A DNA stretch of 64,000 nucleotides, from positions 1 through 64,000 of the IMG/VR virus record IMGVR_UViG_3300044825_001403; one strand, 5' to 3'. How positions within the stretch are numbered: position 1 is the first letter of the stretch; each line of letters starts with the position of its first letter. This stretch comes from an uncultured virus (IMG/VR IMGVR_UViG_3300044825_001403). Taxonomy: Duplodnaviria; Heunggongvirae; Uroviricota; Caudoviricetes. Positions 62,603-64,000 of the stretch are shown here, piece after piece. The notes beneath the pieces are model-generated. The model saw only the letters and a list, made by a program, of their open reading frames with translations. It did not search any database and was not told the origin of the DNA. A program made the translations under genes and the position numbers.

Positions 62603-63010
62603 ATGGCTAGTTTGATTGGATCAGCACCAAACCAAATTTCAACCAATGGAATGCTTGGTGAATTGGCATTTATGAATTCTTCTGGGATTACAGTAGAAAG
62701 AATTCAATCTACTGTTGGTTTATCACAGACCTCACCAACATTCACTGGTGCTACAGTTACAACTAATGATTTTACTAACCTTGTTTTACAGCCCCAAGGA
62801 GGAAACGTAGTCGTCAATGGTTCTGGTTCTGCACTAGCCACTACAACTACTTCTGGTTTTCTGTGTATAACTAGTTGTGCAGGAATTCCTTCTGGTGCTC
62901 CTGCTTCTGGTGCAATTCCCACTGGAATGGTTCCAATGATTGTTGATTCAACAAATAACAGATTGTATTTAAGAATTGGTTCTACTTGGCGTTATGCTAC
63001 ATTAACGTGA
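62603..63010 (+). CDS. Short fibre-like structural protein
   Basis: IG.APNQ..TNGMLG.LAF N-terminus; P.G......DSTNNRLY......W C-terminus. Confidence 0.7.
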   Translation: MASLIGSAPNQISTNGMLGELAFMNSSGITVERIQSTVGLSQTSPTFTGATVTTNDFTNLVLQPQGGNVVVNGSGSALATTTTSGFLCITSCAGIPSGAPASGAIPTGMVPMIVDSTNNRLYLRIGSTWRYATLT

Positions 63011-63020
63011 GGAATTTGGT

Positions 63021-64000
63021 ATGAGTATAGACAATTTATCTGGTTCTACTGCGTCTTTAGATTATCCAGAATTTAGACCAACGTTAGATTTAAATTTTGC
63101 TAGAACAAAAACATTAGATCCTAGAGTTACTTTTAGTAGAAGTTCTGGTGGTACTTTTGTTGGTCCTGATGGGTTGATTAAAATTGCTGGCGTAAATCAA
63201 CCAAGATTCGATCACAATCCTATTACTGGGGAATCTTTGGGATTGTTAATTGAAGAGAGTAGAATTAATTATGCAAGTCAATCTTTTGTTGCTATCAATT
63301 CAACATTAGTTTCTTCTAACGATACAACATATCAACCTGTGCAAGGAGGTAGTGTTTATAGATTTAGAATAGGGGCAAGTGGATTACAATTTTATATTCC
63401 TTTATTTAATGCCCCTGGTTATTCTAGTACTGGATTATCTGATGTTTTAACATTTTATTTAAGATCTGATTTACCCGTTACTATTACTTCAAACGTTGAT
63501 GGCGGGAATGCATTGAATTCAGGATTATATTTTAGTAACGGAACAACAACTAATTATAGTACATCTATTACTTCGCAGCCAGAACTACTAGGATTTACTA
63601 AGTATACTATAGTTTATACTGCATTACAGACGAATGGCAATAATATTTCTAGAGCACAAATTAATGTAAGTGGTACTCAAGGAACTGATTTCTATGTTTT
63701 TGGTGCTCAATGGGAAAGTAGATCTATATACCCAACTTCATATATTCCAACTACCACTGCGTCCGTAACAAGAGCAGTTGATGTTGTTAATATGACTGGA
63801 TCTAATTTTAGTAGTTGGTTTAATTATAATTCATCTACTTTATATTACGAAGGAATTGTAAAAAGTGATTTTTACAATGGAACTCATTCTTATATAGCAA
63901 CCATTGATAGTGGTACAAATGATGGGTCTTTTTATATGAGAGATAGAATTGTATTATCTGGCAATACAATAACTTTCCAATCTACATTACCTTCTAGTGG
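63021..64000 (+). CDS. Lectin-like fibre protein, partial (runs off window end)
   Basis: ATG 63021, MSIDNLSGSTASLDYPEFRPTLDLNFARTKTLDPRVTFSRSSGGTF...; paralog of 60955. Confidence 0.8.
   Translation, partial: MSIDNLSGSTASLDYPEFRPTLDLNFARTKTLDPRVTFSRSSGGTFVGPDGLIKIAGVNQPRFDHNPITGESLGLLIEESRINYASQSFVAINSTLVSSNDTTYQPVQGGSVYRFRIGASGLQFYIPLFNAPGYSSTGLSDVLTFYLRSDLPVTITSNVDGGNALNSGLYFSNGTTTNYSTSITSQPELLGFTKYTIVYTALQTNGNNISRAQINVSGTQGTDFYVFGAQWESRSIYPTSYIPTTTASVTRAVDVVNMTGSNFSSWFNYNSSTLYYEGIVKSDFYNGTHSYIATIDSGTNDGSFYMRDRIVLSGNTITFQSTLPSS

Noticed and set aside
51461..64000. Diversity-generating retroelement acting on lectin domains
   Set aside because: No reverse transcriptase in the window and the repeat differences inspected are not adenine-specific
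1..64000. tRNA/rRNA genes and photosynthesis or bilin auxiliary genes
   Set aside because: None recognised by eye in this window; a tRNAscan run would be needed to exclude tRNAs

Overview
Part of a T4-like cyanomyophage genome (Kyanoviridae-like); essentially all credible genes are on the + strand. 1-20.3 kb is an early/accessory region of small ORFs (DenV-like glycosylase, thioredoxin-like protein, SPFH-like protein, GIY-YIG endonuclease, two KTSC-like proteins, a Gp88-like protein, two putative PD-(D/E)xK nucleases). Many of its host-like sigma70 promoters carry a dyad element (GTG[A/C]CA[G/C]-N8-[C/G]TG[G/T]C[A/C][C/A]) at a fixed distance from the -10 box. It also holds a visibly GC-rich array of one-gene cassettes and a cluster of five perfect TTTTCCACA (cyanobacterial-type DnaA box) 9-mers. 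After an AT-rich non-coding gap (20.2-20.7 kb) comes the late structural module: PAAR, gp25, gp6, gp7, gp8, a VrlC-like protein, a beta-helix fibre, a Gly-X-Gln collagen fibre and five paralogous lectin-like fibre proteins. The two strongest unexplained signals are (i) four phycobiliprotein-like repeats inside the 1332-aa virion protein, each with Cys residues at the positions of both canonical bilin-attachment sites, and (ii) recursive, 'balanced-bracket' domain nesting in that protein and in the lectin paralogs, where module number (2, 3, 4, 1, 1) equals the number of stacked TRxxD closing motifs. All homology calls are by eye from recalled family motifs; no searches were run.
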